This document shows positions 24,871 through 38,220 of a stretch of DNA of 64,000 bases, piece by piece. The notes under the pieces are model-generated. The model saw only the letters and a list, made by a program, of their open reading frames with translations, was not told the origin of the DNA and did not search any database. The stretch spans positions 74,214,001-74,278,000 of the forward strand of contig JANJGN010000003.1 in assembly GCA_026770705.1 (NCBI GenBank), in the 5' to 3' direction. The stretch's first letter is position 1; each line of letters starts with the position of its first letter. Position numbers and translations under genes: made by a program. Source of the stretch: Isurus oxyrinchus. Lineage: Eukaryota.

Positions 24871-25324
24871 GATCTTTGTGTTTGCTGGCATGATGAATGT
24901 CAGTCCTTTACAACAGAACATCTCTGTAATTTTGTATATGTTGTTAGCATCAGATTTACATCCCAGTGATGAAAGATCTACAGATAATTGAATTACATGG
25001 AGGAATATTAAGTATCTAAGCTAGTGAGAAGTTAGTTACTGGTTGAGTTGAGTTTATAGCACAGAAGGAGGGCATTGGGCCCATTTTGTGCATGTCAGCT
25101 TTTTGCGAAAGCCATCTAATTAGTTCTATTTACTCACTGTTGCCCTGTAGCCCTCAAAATGTTCCTTTTCAAGTATATAACCAATTCCTTTTTGAAATTC
25201 GCTATTGAACCTGCTATAACCTTCTTTCAGTCGATGCATTCTAGGTCATAACATATCACTCTGTGAAAGATATTGTTATCTACTCTCTGTTCATCTTTAA
25301 GAACTGCCAAAGGATCATTTATGT

Positions 25325-27115
25325 TCATCTGATCAACCAATGGATCAGACCAAAACTCAGTAGCCCTTCTACATCCAGGCAGAATGGTGGTGGACAATTA
25401 AAAAAACTAATGGGAGGAGGGGGCTCCATGAACATGATGGGGGAGCCCAACATGTCAAAAAGACAAGGCTGAAACGTTTCCAGCAATCTACAGCCAGGAG
25501 TACCAAGTGGATGATCCACCTCAGCCTGCTCTTGGGGACCCCAGCATCACAGATGCCAATCTTCAGCCAATTTGATTCACTCAACTTGATATCAAGAAAT
25601 GGTTAAATGCATGGGAGACAACAAAGGCTATGGGCTGACAAAATCTTTGCTGTAGTGTTGAAGGCTTGTGCTCCAGAAATAATCACACCTCTAGCTAAGC
25701 TGTTCCAGTACAGCCACAATGCTAGCAATTACCTACAATGTGGAAAATTGCCCAGGTACGTTCTGTCCATAAAAAACAGGAAAAACCCAATCCAGCCAAT
25801 TATTGCTTTATCAGTCTACTCCCAGTCATCAGCAAAGTGATGGAAGGTACCATAGACAGTGCTATCAATCGGTACTCACTCAGCAATAACCTGCTCATTG
25901 ATTTTCAGTTTGTGTTTGAACAGGATCACTCAGCTTCAGACCTCATTATGGCCTTGGTCCAAACATGGACAAAAGGGCTGAATTCCAGAGGTTGGCTGAA
26001 AGTGACCTTGAATTCAAGGCAGTGTTTGTCTGAGTGTAGCATCAAGGAGTCCTAGCAAAACTGAAGTAAATGGAAATCAAAGAAAACTCTCCACTGCTGG
26101 AGGCGTACTGACTATAAGGGAAGATGGTTGTGATTGTTGGATGCCAATCATCCCAGTCCCAGGCAATCACCACCGGAGTTCCTCAGGATAGTGTCCTAGG
26201 TCCAACCAACTTCAGTTGCTTCATCAATGACTTTCCCTCCATCATAAGGTCAGAAGTGAGGACGTTCACTGATATTTGCACAATATTTAGCACCATTCAA
26301 AACTCCTCAGAAAACAAAACAGTCCAAAAGTGCTGGCAGCAAGGCCTAGACAATATTCAAATTTAGGCTGAAAATTGGCAAGTAACATCCATACCACAAA
26401 TGTGCCGAGCAATGACCTTCTCAGACAAGAGAGAATCTAACCATCTCTCCTTGACATTCAATAGCATTACCATCACCAAATTCCCCATCATCAACATTCT
26501 AGGGATTACCATTGACAAGAAACTCAATTGCATCAGCCACATAAATAAGATGGTTACAAGAGCAGGTTAAATGCTGGGAATTCTATGGTGAGTAACTCAC
26601 CTCCTGACTCGCCAAAGCTTGTTCATCAACTATAAGGAACCAGTCAAGAATGTGATGGAATACTTTCCACTTGCTTGGATGAGTGTAGCTGCAATAACAC
26701 TCAAGGAGCGCAACACCATTCAGGGCAAAGCAGCCCACTGGATCAGCACCCCATTCACCCCAGCTTTGAATAATCATTCCCTCTACCACAGGAGCACAAG
26801 TGGCAACAGTGTGTACCATTTGCAAGATGCACTGCAGCAACTAACCAACCTCTTTCAACAGCGCCTTCCAAACCCAGGACCTCTACCACCTACAAGAACA
26901 AGGGCAGCAAATGTATGTGAATAACACCACCTTCAAGTTCCTCTACAAATTATATACCACTCTGAGTTGGAATGACATCATTGTTCCTTCACTGTCACTG
27001 GGTCAAAATCCTGGATCTCCCTTGTACCTACACCACATAGACTGCAGTGGTTCAAGAAGGCTCACCACCACGTTCTCAAGGACAATTGGGGAGGACAATA
27101 AATGGTGGTCTTGCC
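25325..27115 (+). mobile_element. LINE family B RT through 3' end
   Basis: LKACAPEIITPLAKLFQYS, MWKIAQVRSVHKKQEKPNPANY, GVPQDSVLGPTNFSCFINDFP, MEYFPLAWMS. Tail CACCACCACGTTCTCAAGGACAATTGGGG. Confidence 0.9.
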
Positions 27116-27124
27116 TGCAGTGGA

Positions 27125-29340
27125 GCCTCCAGCAAACCTCCTCTGTGCTAAGTATGACACCCTGTGAAGAGTTTTCCTCCTCTTTCCCATCGACTTCAAT
27201 TTTGCAAGAATTCCTTGATGCCACACTTGGTCAAATGCTGCCTTGATGTTAAGGGCAATCACTCACCTCACTCTGCGATTCAGCATTTTTGTTCATGTTT
27301 AGACCAAGCTGTATTGAGTTCTAGAGTTAAGTGGCACTGACTGAACACAAACTGAGTATCAGGGAGCAGTCATTGCTGAATAAGTGCCATATGATAGTGT
27401 TGTTGTGACACCTTCCATCACTTTGCTGAAGGTTAAGAGTAGACTGGTATCTGACGGATTGGATTTGTCCTGCTTTTTATGGACAGGATGGAACTCTGTT
27501 ATTTTTCCCATTGTTGGGTAGATGCCAATGTTGTAGCTATACTAGAACAGCTTAACTAAGTGTGCAACTAGTTCTGGAGTGCAAGTCTTCAGCAGTACAG
27601 TCAGGATGTTGTCAGAGCCCATAGGCTTTGCTGTTTCCAAAGATTTCAGCTTTTTCTTGATATCATGATTGTCCAAAGACTGACATCTATGCTGTTTGAG
27701 ACGTCAGGAAGAGGCCAAAATGGATCATCCAACTGACACTAATTCTGGCTGAGGATGATTGAAAATGCTTCAGCCTTGACTTTTATACTGACCTGATGCA
27801 CTCGCCATTATTGAGGATGGGAGGTTTTTGAAAGCTCCTCCTCCATTCTGATCTGTTCTTTGTCGGACTGTTTTGCTCTGTTTTTCATCTTTCTTCAATT
27901 CTTTCACAGGATGTGGGCATCACTGGCTAGGCCAGTGTTTGTTTCCCATCCCTAATTACCCTTGAGAAGGTGATGGTGAGCCACCTTCTTGAACCACGAC
28001 AGTCCATGTAGCATAGGTATACCCACCGTGCTGTTAGGAAAGGAACATCAGGATTTTGATCCAGCAACAGTGAACAGCTCTGCAGCCTATCATGCATGTA
28101 GTCCCTTTGTTGTAGCTTCACCAGGTTGGCAATTCATTCTTAGGAATGCTTAGTGCTGCTCCTGGCATACTCTCCAAATCCCCATTGAGTCAGGGCAGGG
28201 GTTCAGGGTGGAGAGAGGGATATGCTGAGCCCTGAGGTCATAGATTGCTACCGAGGACCCTCAATGCCTCATTGATATCCTGTTTTGCATTGTTAGATCT
28301 GTTCTGAGTCTGTCCCATGTAGCACAGTGGTACTGCGACCCATCAGATTGGGTGGTGTGCCCACAGGACTTTGTCTCCACAAGGACTGTGTGGTGATCAC
28401 ACCTACAAATACTGTAATGGATAGATGCATCTGCAGCAGGCAGATTGGGGAGGATGAGGCCAAATATTATTTCCTTCTTGTTGGTTCTCTCACTACCTGT
28501 CACAAGCCCAGTTTGGCAGAGATATCCTTCAGGATTTGGCTATCCGAGCCACTCTTGGTGATGAACACTGAAGACTCCACCCAGAATACATTTGTGCCCT
28601 TACTACCCTCCGGACCTCTTCCAAGTGGTGTTCAACATAGAGGACTGATTGATCAGCAGGTGGTAATCAGCAAGAGGTTTCCATGCCCATGTTTGACCTG
28701 ATATCATGAGACTTCATGTGGCCCAAAGTCAATATTGAGAACTCCTGGATCACTCTCTCCTGAGACTGTATATCTGGTAGGACACGATATCTGGTGGGAT
28801 GGTGATGGAATAATCTTGGGACATTGGTTTTAAGGTTTGATTTGATGAGTATGACTAGTCAGGCTGTTGCTGGCTAGTCCATGGGACAGCTCTCCCTATT
28901 TTGGCAGCAGTGCTAAAGGTACCAAGGTGAAGACAACTTTTCAGGGTTGACTGGAAAGTGTGTGCTTTTGTCATCTCTAGTGCAGTTGATAGCAGGTAGC
29001 ATGTGCAGTTTTAACCTCATTCACCATTTCTGTGGCGGTTTGATACAACTGATTAGCTCGCAAGGCCATTGCAGAGGGCAGTTAAGGATCAACCTTCTTG
29101 ATGTGGATCTGGAGATACATGTAGGCCAGACTAGATAAGGATAGCAGATTGCCTCCCTAAAGGACATCTTTGTTTGGTCAGGTAGGTTTTTACAACAATC
29201 TGCCAGTTTCATGATCTCTATTAATGAAACTAGCATTTTACTCCAAACTTATTAATTAATTTGGATTTAAATTCATATCTCCAGAGTCTTAGTTCGGGCC
29301 TCTGGATTACTCATCCAGTAACATTACCACTCTGCTACAG
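27125..29340 (-). mobile_element. LINE family B, 5' end (tRNA-like head) through endonuclease to mid-RT
   Basis: The reverse complement starts GTAGCAGAGTGGTAATGTTACTGG..TAATCCAGAGGCCC, then endonuclease-like PKIGELSHGL..QQPD and DHHTVLVETK, then RT-like ALNIKAAFDQVWHQGILAKL. An extra 3' tail fragment is nested at about 27895-28075. Confidence 0.8.
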
Positions 29341-30148
29341 TCTCTGTTTTATTGTTATGAAAGCTCATAAGACTGAATCAGTTGTAAGTTAGAATGAACA
29401 AGGCACAGAAGAGAATTAAGGCAGTCTTCCTGAGTGTGTCAGTTTGTAAGTATCTTTCCAATTAATAGAGAAGAAATGTTGTAATGGATTGACCTGAGCA
29501 GCAAGAAGAGAGTAATATCTAACCTTCCTCCACTCCCAAAAGCATCCTGCAAAAAGTGATTGCTTATACATAAGTGCGCAGCATAGATCATTACTGCATT
29601 CTCTTCCTGTCCTTTACCTCTCCTCCCCCTTTCACTGAGTATTCTTTAAAGTCTTGTGAACATGATGGCAATTAGGGGTGAGCCTTAAACCAAAGAAAAG
29701 ATACTGTTTTGTTTGCTAAACAGTAAACAGAAATTAAGCAAACTCATCCAATTTTTATTGACAGATTGTGAGTCTGCAAACACAGAAAAACCTGTTGCCT
29801 CTAATAGCATCATTGATTGTAGCAATAACATTCAGTAGATATTCTTATCTTACCTATTATTGGTAGGTAAAATAATTCAATCAGATAGCAAATGGCCTCC
29901 AATCCCTCAGAGACTGCTGCAATCTAAAAACCTCATTTCATTTCAAAAGCATTACCACGTGAGTTCTTAAGTGCCGTATATCAACTTGGTGCTAAATGTT
30001 CCATAGCAGAATAGAAAGATTAGACTTTATGCCTCAGACAGGCAATATTTGATGAAGATAAAGCCCAAGCTACTTCAAAATCCAGTGTTTTCCCTCTTTA
30101 TATAAATATTTTAGGACCTTCATATTACACCTGTGTGAATTTGCCCAT

Positions 30149-30694
30149 GGGCTGCATTTTCCAGTCGGCAAGCGGGTGGGACCCACTCGTCGATGTGACG
30201 CCACCCCGTGTCATTTAGATTTTCAGTTCAGTGGGTGCGCAGCCGAATTAAGGCCAGTTAACAAGCAATTAAAACAATCAACTGAGCTGCCCGTCCGTGG
30301 GTGGAATGAGGTTTCATGAGGGTTTTAAAATTTGTATAGAATGTTTAAATAAAAGAAATTGACATGTCCCAGCTCATGTGACAGTGGCACATGAGGGGAC
30401 ATATCAGGAATATCTTTTGCTGCCTTTGATAAACTTTTGAATCTTGGGCCGATCTCTCTGAGGCAGCACTTTGCCTCAGGGAGATCCATGCACTCTTTCG
30501 CTCACTCCTGGCTCAGGGGATCCCCCGCCCCCCCGCCCACATAGCACTTTCGGGTGGATGTCATGCTAGGGGGGCCTTAATTGGCCTGCCCACGTAAAAT
30601 GGCAGCGTGCCCCCAATTGGGGGGGGCAATCGGGAACCTGCCCGCTTGCGCCCGCTCCCGCACAACCCCCCCAACAAGGGGAAAAATCCTGCCC
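30149..30694 (+). mobile_element. Harbinger MITE
   Basis: TIRs GGGCTGCATTTT / AAAATCCTGCCC. TSD CAT/CAC. Confidence 0.88.
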
Positions 30695-32146
30695 CACACC
30701 TTACACCAATGATACACATTGCTTTATTGAGTAAGAGTGCTGATGTAATAATAATATGTGGCATTGATCTGCTCATGTTCACAAGGAACAGAAAGTATCC
30801 AACCTCATTTTACATTGAATTACATAGAATCGAAAGCACAGAAACAAACCATTCAGCCCAACTAGTCTACGTTGGTGTTTTCTTCTCACAAACCTCCTCC
30901 CACTCTTCTCAGCCTGTTCCCATGTCGCTCTACTTCACCTTCTCTTTGATTTATGCAAAGCATTAAACAGGTGACCTGTGCAATAACAGCTGTTATGCAG
31001 TAGCACCCCAGAAAATTCCAACCATGCATTTTACTCACTTAAATATTTACCTACATATTTCTTATTCCATTTCCTTTCCACTATTCGGTGATCTATAGTA
31101 TACCTCTTATAGTGTGACCAATCCATAAATTTAACTTTGGGCCATGGTGTAAAATAGCAATATCAAATTAGCTCAACAAGCAGGCAAGTGGAAATGCCAC
31201 CACCTCCAGGTTCCCCAACAAGCCACACACCATCCCAACATGGAAATAAATCACAGTCCCTTCAACATCTGTCAAAATCCTGGAACTCCCTACCTAACAG
31301 CACTGCAGGAGTTCAAGAAGGTGGTTCACCACCACTGTTCTCAAGGACAATAAACGTGGACCTTGTCAGCAATGCCCACAACCTATGAACTAAAAACAAA
31401 CAAACCTAATTTTTGTATTCAATGAAGTGAATGGAACAAAAAAAATAGATGGGGTATATATTGGGCAGTCAAATTGATATTGCCTTATCATCCTTCCCAA
31501 TTATTTCTGGATAGATTATATCCTTTAATATTTAACTGCTAACCTATCTTGTCTGTAGTCCTATCTCTAATGTGTCTATTTCCTAAGTTCTAATCACAGC
31601 CTCTGATTCTTATATTTCGTTGCTGATGCTCTGTATATTGCTATTCTGGCAATTTAATGTTATTTTTCACAAATCTTCATTTTTATCAAAGTTTTTGGAT
31701 TTTTTTTTTGTCCCTGAAATATTTCCTCAGCAGCTAGTACGTCTAACTCATGGTGACACCACTCTGCAAATTTGCAAATCCAAGGGTTAGGGAAATATAC
31801 CAACATTCCCAACCTCTGAGATGCATTTATCATTTTTTTTGCACAAAACCCCTATAGCTTGCTGACACATTATGTTAGGCTGGAATTGAACCCAAGTACA
31901 AGAGATGAATGAGATGTTGGCTAACCCATTGCACCACCCAGCATGCACATGTACTTGTCAGCTTTCATCACTTTATCTCTGCTTTAATTAAACAAGACAA
32001 ATACTGAAGGAATTGAATTTCTGCAGGGCTTAAAGTGTAACTTCAGTGGCAAGATTAGTGGGAACCATGGAAAACATGTAAACAGCTGCCAGGATTTTGC
32101 CAAAGTTATGGCAGAAGAGAAAGGTGAAACCCGGTGAAAATTCCAG

Positions 32147-32520
32147 GGGGAGAATTTTCTGAATGTCAGGCGGGCCAGTCGGGAGTGGGCACGGGTGGGT
32201 GCAGAGCCGATCGCCGCCCGCAATCGGCTATGCGCCACCATTTTACATGGGCAGGCCAATTATGCCACCACCATCTGCAAGTTCCTCTCCAAGCCACACA
32301 CCATCCTGTCTTGGAACAATATCGCCATTCCTTCACTGTCACTGGGTGAAAATTCAGGAACTCCCTCCCAAACAGCACTGTGGGTCTACCTACACCATAT
32401 GGACTGCAGTGCTTCAAGAAGGCAGCCCACCACCACTTTCTCAAGGGCAATTAGTGATGTGCAATAAAAATGTTGGCCTCGCCAGTGACGCCTACATCAT
32501 GTGAAAGAATAAAAATAAAA
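32147..32520. mobile_element. Harbinger MITE end fragment joined to a LINE family B 3' tail
   Basis: GGGGAGAATTTT TIR plus about 110 bp of MITE, then the family B tail ending CTCAAGGGCAATTAGTGATG..GAATAAAAATAAAA. Confidence 0.7.
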
Positions 32521-33765
32521 TTTCAAGTTGGCAGTCAGTGAATAGTGGCAAACAACAAGGATCAGTGCTGGGGCCTCAGTATTTACAATCTATATTAATG
32601 ACTTAGATAAAGAGACAGAGAGTGTTAATTGGATCCATGGTTGTTGGTAAAGTTAAAACTTAGACACAGCTGCTTTCTTTGCTGGAGAGAGTTTATTGAC
32701 TTTATTTCACAGTCAATATTACTCCAACCCCTCAGTGTCCCAGCTATCTCCATTTATAGGTGTACAAATACCCATCACCTCCTTGACAATATAATTGCCA
32801 TTAAAGCTTTGCAATGTAATTGCCATTAAACCTTAACAAGGTAATTAATAAGACATTGACAGAGAGTAATGAATCTAAGTTTTCTGATGTTACAAAGCTA
32901 GGTGGAATGGTAAGCTGTGGGGAGGACACAGAGGCTGCAAAGAGATATAGACGTCAAGTGAGTGGGAAACAAGATGGAGTATAATGTAGGAATGTTTGAA
33001 GTTATTCCCTCTGGTCAAAGAATAAAAAAGCAGAATATTTGTTAATTTGGAAGTGTTGATGTTTAAAGAGGCTTGAGGCTGCACACACAAGGAATGCAGA
33101 AAGTTAGCATACAGGTGCAGCAAGCAATTAGGAAGGCAATGGCATTTTGGCCTTTATTGCAAGGGGATTGGAGTTCAAGAATAAAGAAGCCCTGCTACAA
33201 TTGTACAGAGTTTTGGTGAGACCACACCTGGAGTATCTGGGTGTAGTTTTGGTTTCAACCTATAAGAAAGGATATACTTGCATTGGAAGCAGTACCGTGA
33301 AGATTCACTAAATTGGTCTCTGGGATGAAGGAGCTGTCCAATGGTAAGAGGCTCAGTAAATTGAGCCTATATTCTCTGGAGTTTAAAAGAATGTGAGGTG
33401 ATCCCATTGAAACATACAAGGTTCTGAAGGGGCTTGATAGGGTGGACACTGTTTCCACTGGTTGGGGAGTCTAAAACACAGGGGCACAGTCTCAGGATAA
33501 GGGGTTGATCATTTAAGACAGAGATAAGGAGAAATTACTTCACTCAAAGAGTTGTGAATCTTTGGAAATCTCTAGCCCAGAGAGCTGTGGATGCTCCATC
33601 ACTGAATATATTTAAGGCTGGGATAGACAAATTTTTTACCTCTCAGAGAATCAAGGGATATGGGGAGCAGGCAGGAAAATGGAGTTGAAACCAAAGATCA
33701 GCTATTTTGGATCAGGCTCAACAGGCCATGTGATCTATTCCTGCTCCTATGTTTGTGTGTTCTTG
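32521..33765 (+). mobile_element. CR1 RT C-terminal half and 3' tail
   Basis: QQGSVLGPQYLQ, VRPHLEY and GHSLRIRG motifs, plus the CR1 tail. A small insertion lies at 32624-32857. Confidence 0.85.
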
Positions 33766-34303
33766 TGGAGCCCTCTTTCTGCCTGGTATTCGACTGTCCT
33801 TGTTTGCAACTGCAGCAATACTATTCAGCAGCAGCCTCCTGTAATTCACTGATACTTCCATTTCAGAGGGACAGATTGCCTTTAAGAATTGAATGTGCTG
33901 TTATCGCATACTGCCAGGCTCACTATTGAGCAGTATACACAGGCAGCCAGCAGAGTGGGAGAAGCTTAGTCCTCCGCTACGTGAAAATGAGACCGCAACA
34001 TCAAATTCGTATGCTGCCTCGCCCCCACCAGAACAAGGGCCTGCAATTGTGATCCTCCCCCACTCCCTTAAAAGTTAGGCAAACCAATTTTTTGCCCATT
34101 TCTCTTTCCACCATTCCTTGGTGAGCAAGTCTAGTGCCATCCCCATAGGCTTAAGGGATTGACTTTTTCTCTCTCACACAAACACACACACACGCACAAA
34201 CACGCACCTTCTCTCTCACTCTTTTTGAGACTCCAGGGTAGTAAATAAATTCAACTATCTTGTAGCAGAGAGAGATAGAACCACAAACAGCTAAAGTGGA
34301 CCT

Positions 34304-34706
34304 ATGCCTCAGCGAAGGTTGAAAGGGGACCTGATAGAGGTGTATAAGGTTATGAGAGGCGTAGATTGGGTGGATAGGAATGCACTTTTTCCATTAGTAG
34401 AGGGGTCAATAGCCAGGGGGCATAGATTTAAGGTAAGAGGTAGAAGGATAAGAGGGGAGTTAAGGAGAAATTTTTTCACCCAGAGGATGGTGGGAGTCAG
34501 GGACTCACTGCCTGAAAGGGTGGTTGAGTCAGAAACTCTCGTAACATTTAAGAAGAATTTTGATATTCACTTGCATTGTCATAGCTTCCAGGGCTATGGG
34601 GCAGGCACTGCAAAATTGGATTAGTGTAGTCAGATCTTTGTTGACCGGCGTGGACACGATGGGCTGAATGGCCTCCTTCTGTGCTGTAAACATCTATAAG
34701 TCTATT
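34304..34706 (+). mobile_element. Young 5'-truncated CR1 (HER1-like) 3' end
   Basis: Open frame RRLKGDLIEVYKVMRG..RGHRFKVRG..RRNFFTQRMVG. Tail GGGCTGAATGGCCTCCTTCTGTGCTGTAAA..TCTATAAGTCTAT. Confidence 0.9.
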
Positions 34707-35388
34707 AAGTGTCAATAATTTGTGTCTTTCTCATTTGTTATGAAACAAGGAGCATAGGAAAATGTCTAGCGTTATTGTGAAATATGCATTCCATTCACTC
34801 ATGCACTTCATGTGAAGTAAATCATTTTCTTTGTTTACAATCATGTCTATACTTGAAAGAATATTTTTCAATCCATCTTCTGTTGTGAGATAAAGGCACT
34901 TGGTGGCCTGCGTGATATTGCAGTTGACAATCTATGAAGCCAGAGCACTATATTATGATCCTCAAGTCATGCTACTTTCTAACTAAGTATCAAACAACAA
35001 AATGGGTAGAAATCCACAGAAACCGCTTTTGGGTGCCATCTGAAGTCACAATATTTAGTACAAAATATGAACATTTGTAACATTGGTGGCAGCTTTGGTT
35101 GTGATCTGAATTATCTTTGTAGAACAAAGATGCTTCAAGATACTTAAAATTTGAAAGAGCTAAATAATAATGTACAGTGATATTTTAAAATGTCAAAAAG
35201 ATTAAAAGATGTAGACATACAGAGGAAAGAGGAAAGTACAGAGTTTCATCTAAAAGGTTGAGAGTTTCAGTTAGAGAGTGAACAAGATAAATTCAAGGCC
35301 AATGGGAATGAGAAACAGCACCAGCATAAAGTCAAGGAGGAATATTTTCACATTCTGAAACTGGTAGAGAAACATGCATCAATGTTGA

Positions 35389-36885
35389 GGACTGGATTTT
35401 CGCCACGACAGAGAAACTTCTCCATCGTGGCAAAAATGGTGAAAGAGGCCCGAATCTGGAAGTCCTGCCACCGATCATGACATCTACCATTTTCATGGGG
35501 TTGGAAATAAGCCCATCTCAGCATTTATACATTTGTATTTCACAGAGGCAGCAGTTCATGCAAATCAGCAGCATCTGCCTCCATTCATGTGTGAGTTTGG
35601 TGTGAAAGTTGTCTGAAACTTGATGTATGCAGATTAAACCCAATAGGAGCAGTTCTGAACTTCATGGATTCATTTGGATAGTCAGGGTATCCTTTCGGAG
35701 AGATGAGGTACCCCTTTGGATATGGTCCCGGAATACCTCTGGGGGAGGTTGGTTGCCCTTTGCGAAAGCTAAGGCACCCTTTGGTATTGCTAAATGTAGG
35801 CAAGAATGTGGATAAATGGTGCATAAACTCATTGGAACTATGAAGTTCATTGAAACTGTCAAAACAACTGTAAAAAATGTCGAGATGAACTGTTAAAGGG
35901 AGCTGTCAAATACAACCATCAAAAGTATCAAGATGAACTGTCAAAGGAAGCTGTCATGCTGTCAAGGCATTTAAAACTGCTGCCCTTTAACTTTTTTAAA
36001 AACTATCTGGAGTGTTAAAAAATGGTTGCTTGCTATTTCACTCTGTCTGTTTACATAAGCCTTAGGGCAACCATTATTAGATTAATGCTGAATGACTGAT
36101 TTCACAATGCTCCATTACCACAATGGCAGTTATGGACGCTTTGAAGTGGTGCCCTGAATTCCAATGCTTGATCTTATAAGGGATTATGTAGTTGAATGAA
36201 ATGTTTGTTGTTATTAGGGATAATGAAATGTTTGTTGTTATTAGGGATAATGTGGCTGAAAGAATGCAAATTTAATAAATGGGTTTTTATGAACGAGAGT
36301 GCTACTTTTCAAAAAATAAAATCTGCAGGAGACACCTGAAACTTTATTTTATTTTATCTTAGCATGTGTCCTGAGGTCTGCCCATGGTGGATACTGGGTG
36401 AGTTGGTATGGTCAGTGCAAAGGCAAAGGATAGTGGGTAGGGGGGCATGAGTTGATATAAATTGACACTAAGTTGGCAAAGGGGTGATAAAGGGCCATGG
36501 GGGTGGCTGGGAGGCATATGTTGGCATGGAAGGTATGGGGGGCCATGGTTGGGTGTAGGTGGGGGCATGAGGTGGCATGGTTTGGAATGCATTGAGTGTG
36601 GGGAACGTGTGGGGGGTGGTCAGGAGGTGTGAGGGCTGTGGGTTGGAGGGCCTTGATTTTTTATTCAACTTTAATTCAACACTGAAGCAACGAGGCAGGC
36701 CTTCTGCCCAGTCTGCAGCTGGCATCTCTGTACTCATTCTGGGGTCGCCTGACCTGACTCCCAGGAAACCCCACAACCTCAGAATGAAAATCTAACATTC
36801 CAGGCCATTTTCTCCGGGGTTGGGTTTGTGGAGCTGGGGAGTGTCCTGACTCTGTGCTCCCAGCCCAGGAGTGAAAATCCAGGCC
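35389..36885. mobile_element. Non-autonomous Harbinger-type element (about 1.5 kb)
   Basis: TIRs GGACTGGATTTT / AAAATCCAGGCC (11/12 match). Perfect TSD TGA at 35386-35388 and 36886-36888. Internal 27-bp tandem duplication at about 36196-36250 and a G-rich block at 36430-36650. Confidence 0.85.
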
Positions 36886-36934
36886 TGAGTCCGTTAGTTG
36901 AGGCTGCGGAACACTTTGCTCATAATTTTGTTAA

Positions 36935-38220
36935 AACTAATTACTGAGCAGAGTCAACATGGTTTTGTGAAAGGGAAATCATATTTGACTAATTTACTGG
37001 GGTTCTTTAAAGAAGTCCCAAGCAAAGCGGATAAAGGGGAACCTGGGGATGTGCTGTACTTAGATTTCCAGAAGACATTTAACAAGGTGCCACAACAAAG
37101 GTTACTATGCAAAATAAGAGCTCATGGTGTAAGGGGTAACATATTAGCATGGATAGGGGCTAACAGGAAGCAGAGGGTAGGGATAAATTGATCTTTGTTC
37201 AGGTTTGTAAGATGTGACATATAGAATGCCAAAGGGTTCAGAGTTGGGGCCTCGACTATTTACAATTTATATCAATGACTTGGATGAAGGGACCAAATGT
37301 ATGGTTACAAAATTTACTGATGATATAAAGATAGGTAGGAAAGCAAGTTGTGAAGAGAACATAAGGAGTCTGTAAAGGGGCAAAGATAGATTAAGTGATT
37401 GGGCAAAGATTTGGCAGATGGAGTACAAAGTGGGAAAATGTGAACTTTCCCACCTTGGCGGGAAGAATAGAAAAGCAGCATACTATTTAAATGAAGAATG
37501 CAGAATTCTGAAGTGCAAAGGGATCTGGGTGCCCTGATACATGAATCAGGAAAAGTTAGTATGCAGTTATAGCAAATGATTAGGAAGGCAAATGAAATGT
37601 TGTTATTGCAAGGGCAATGGAATATATAAGGGATATTTTGCTACAGCTGTACAGGGCATTTTTGAGATCATATTTAGAGTACTGTGTTCAGCTTTGGTCT
37701 CCTAATTTAAAAAAAAGATATAAATGTGTGAGAAGAAATACATAGAAGGTTCACTCAACAAATAACTGAGAAGGGGGATTATCTTACAGGCCCAGCCTAT
37801 CCAACCTTTCCTCATATCTGTTGGTGTTTAGAATATTGGGAGGTGATCTTATTGAAAGATCTTGAGGGGACTTGACAGGGTGAATGTTGAAAGAATGTTT
37901 CCCCTTGTGAGAAAGTCTACAACAAGGGTACACAGTTTAAAAATAAAGGGTATCCAATTTAAGATGAAGATGTGAAGAATTTTTTTCTCTCATGGGATCG
38001 TAAACCTTTGGAACTCTCTTCACCAGAGAGCAGTGGAGGCAGGGTCATTGAATATTTTTAAGGAAGAGGAAGATAGATTCTTGACTAACAAAGGAGTCGA
38101 AGGTTATCGGGACTAGGCACAATATGGAGTTGAGGTCACAATCAGGTAAGCCATTATCTTATTGAATGGCAGAGCATGCGCAAGGGGCCGAAAGGCCTCC
38201 TCCTGATCCTAATTCATAAG
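36935..38220 (+). mobile_element. CR1 RT and 3' end
   Basis: SQHGFVKGKSYLTNLLGFF..DVLYLDFQKTFNKVP..KIRAHGVRG. Tail GGGGCCGAAAGGCCTCCTCCTG. Confidence 0.9.
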
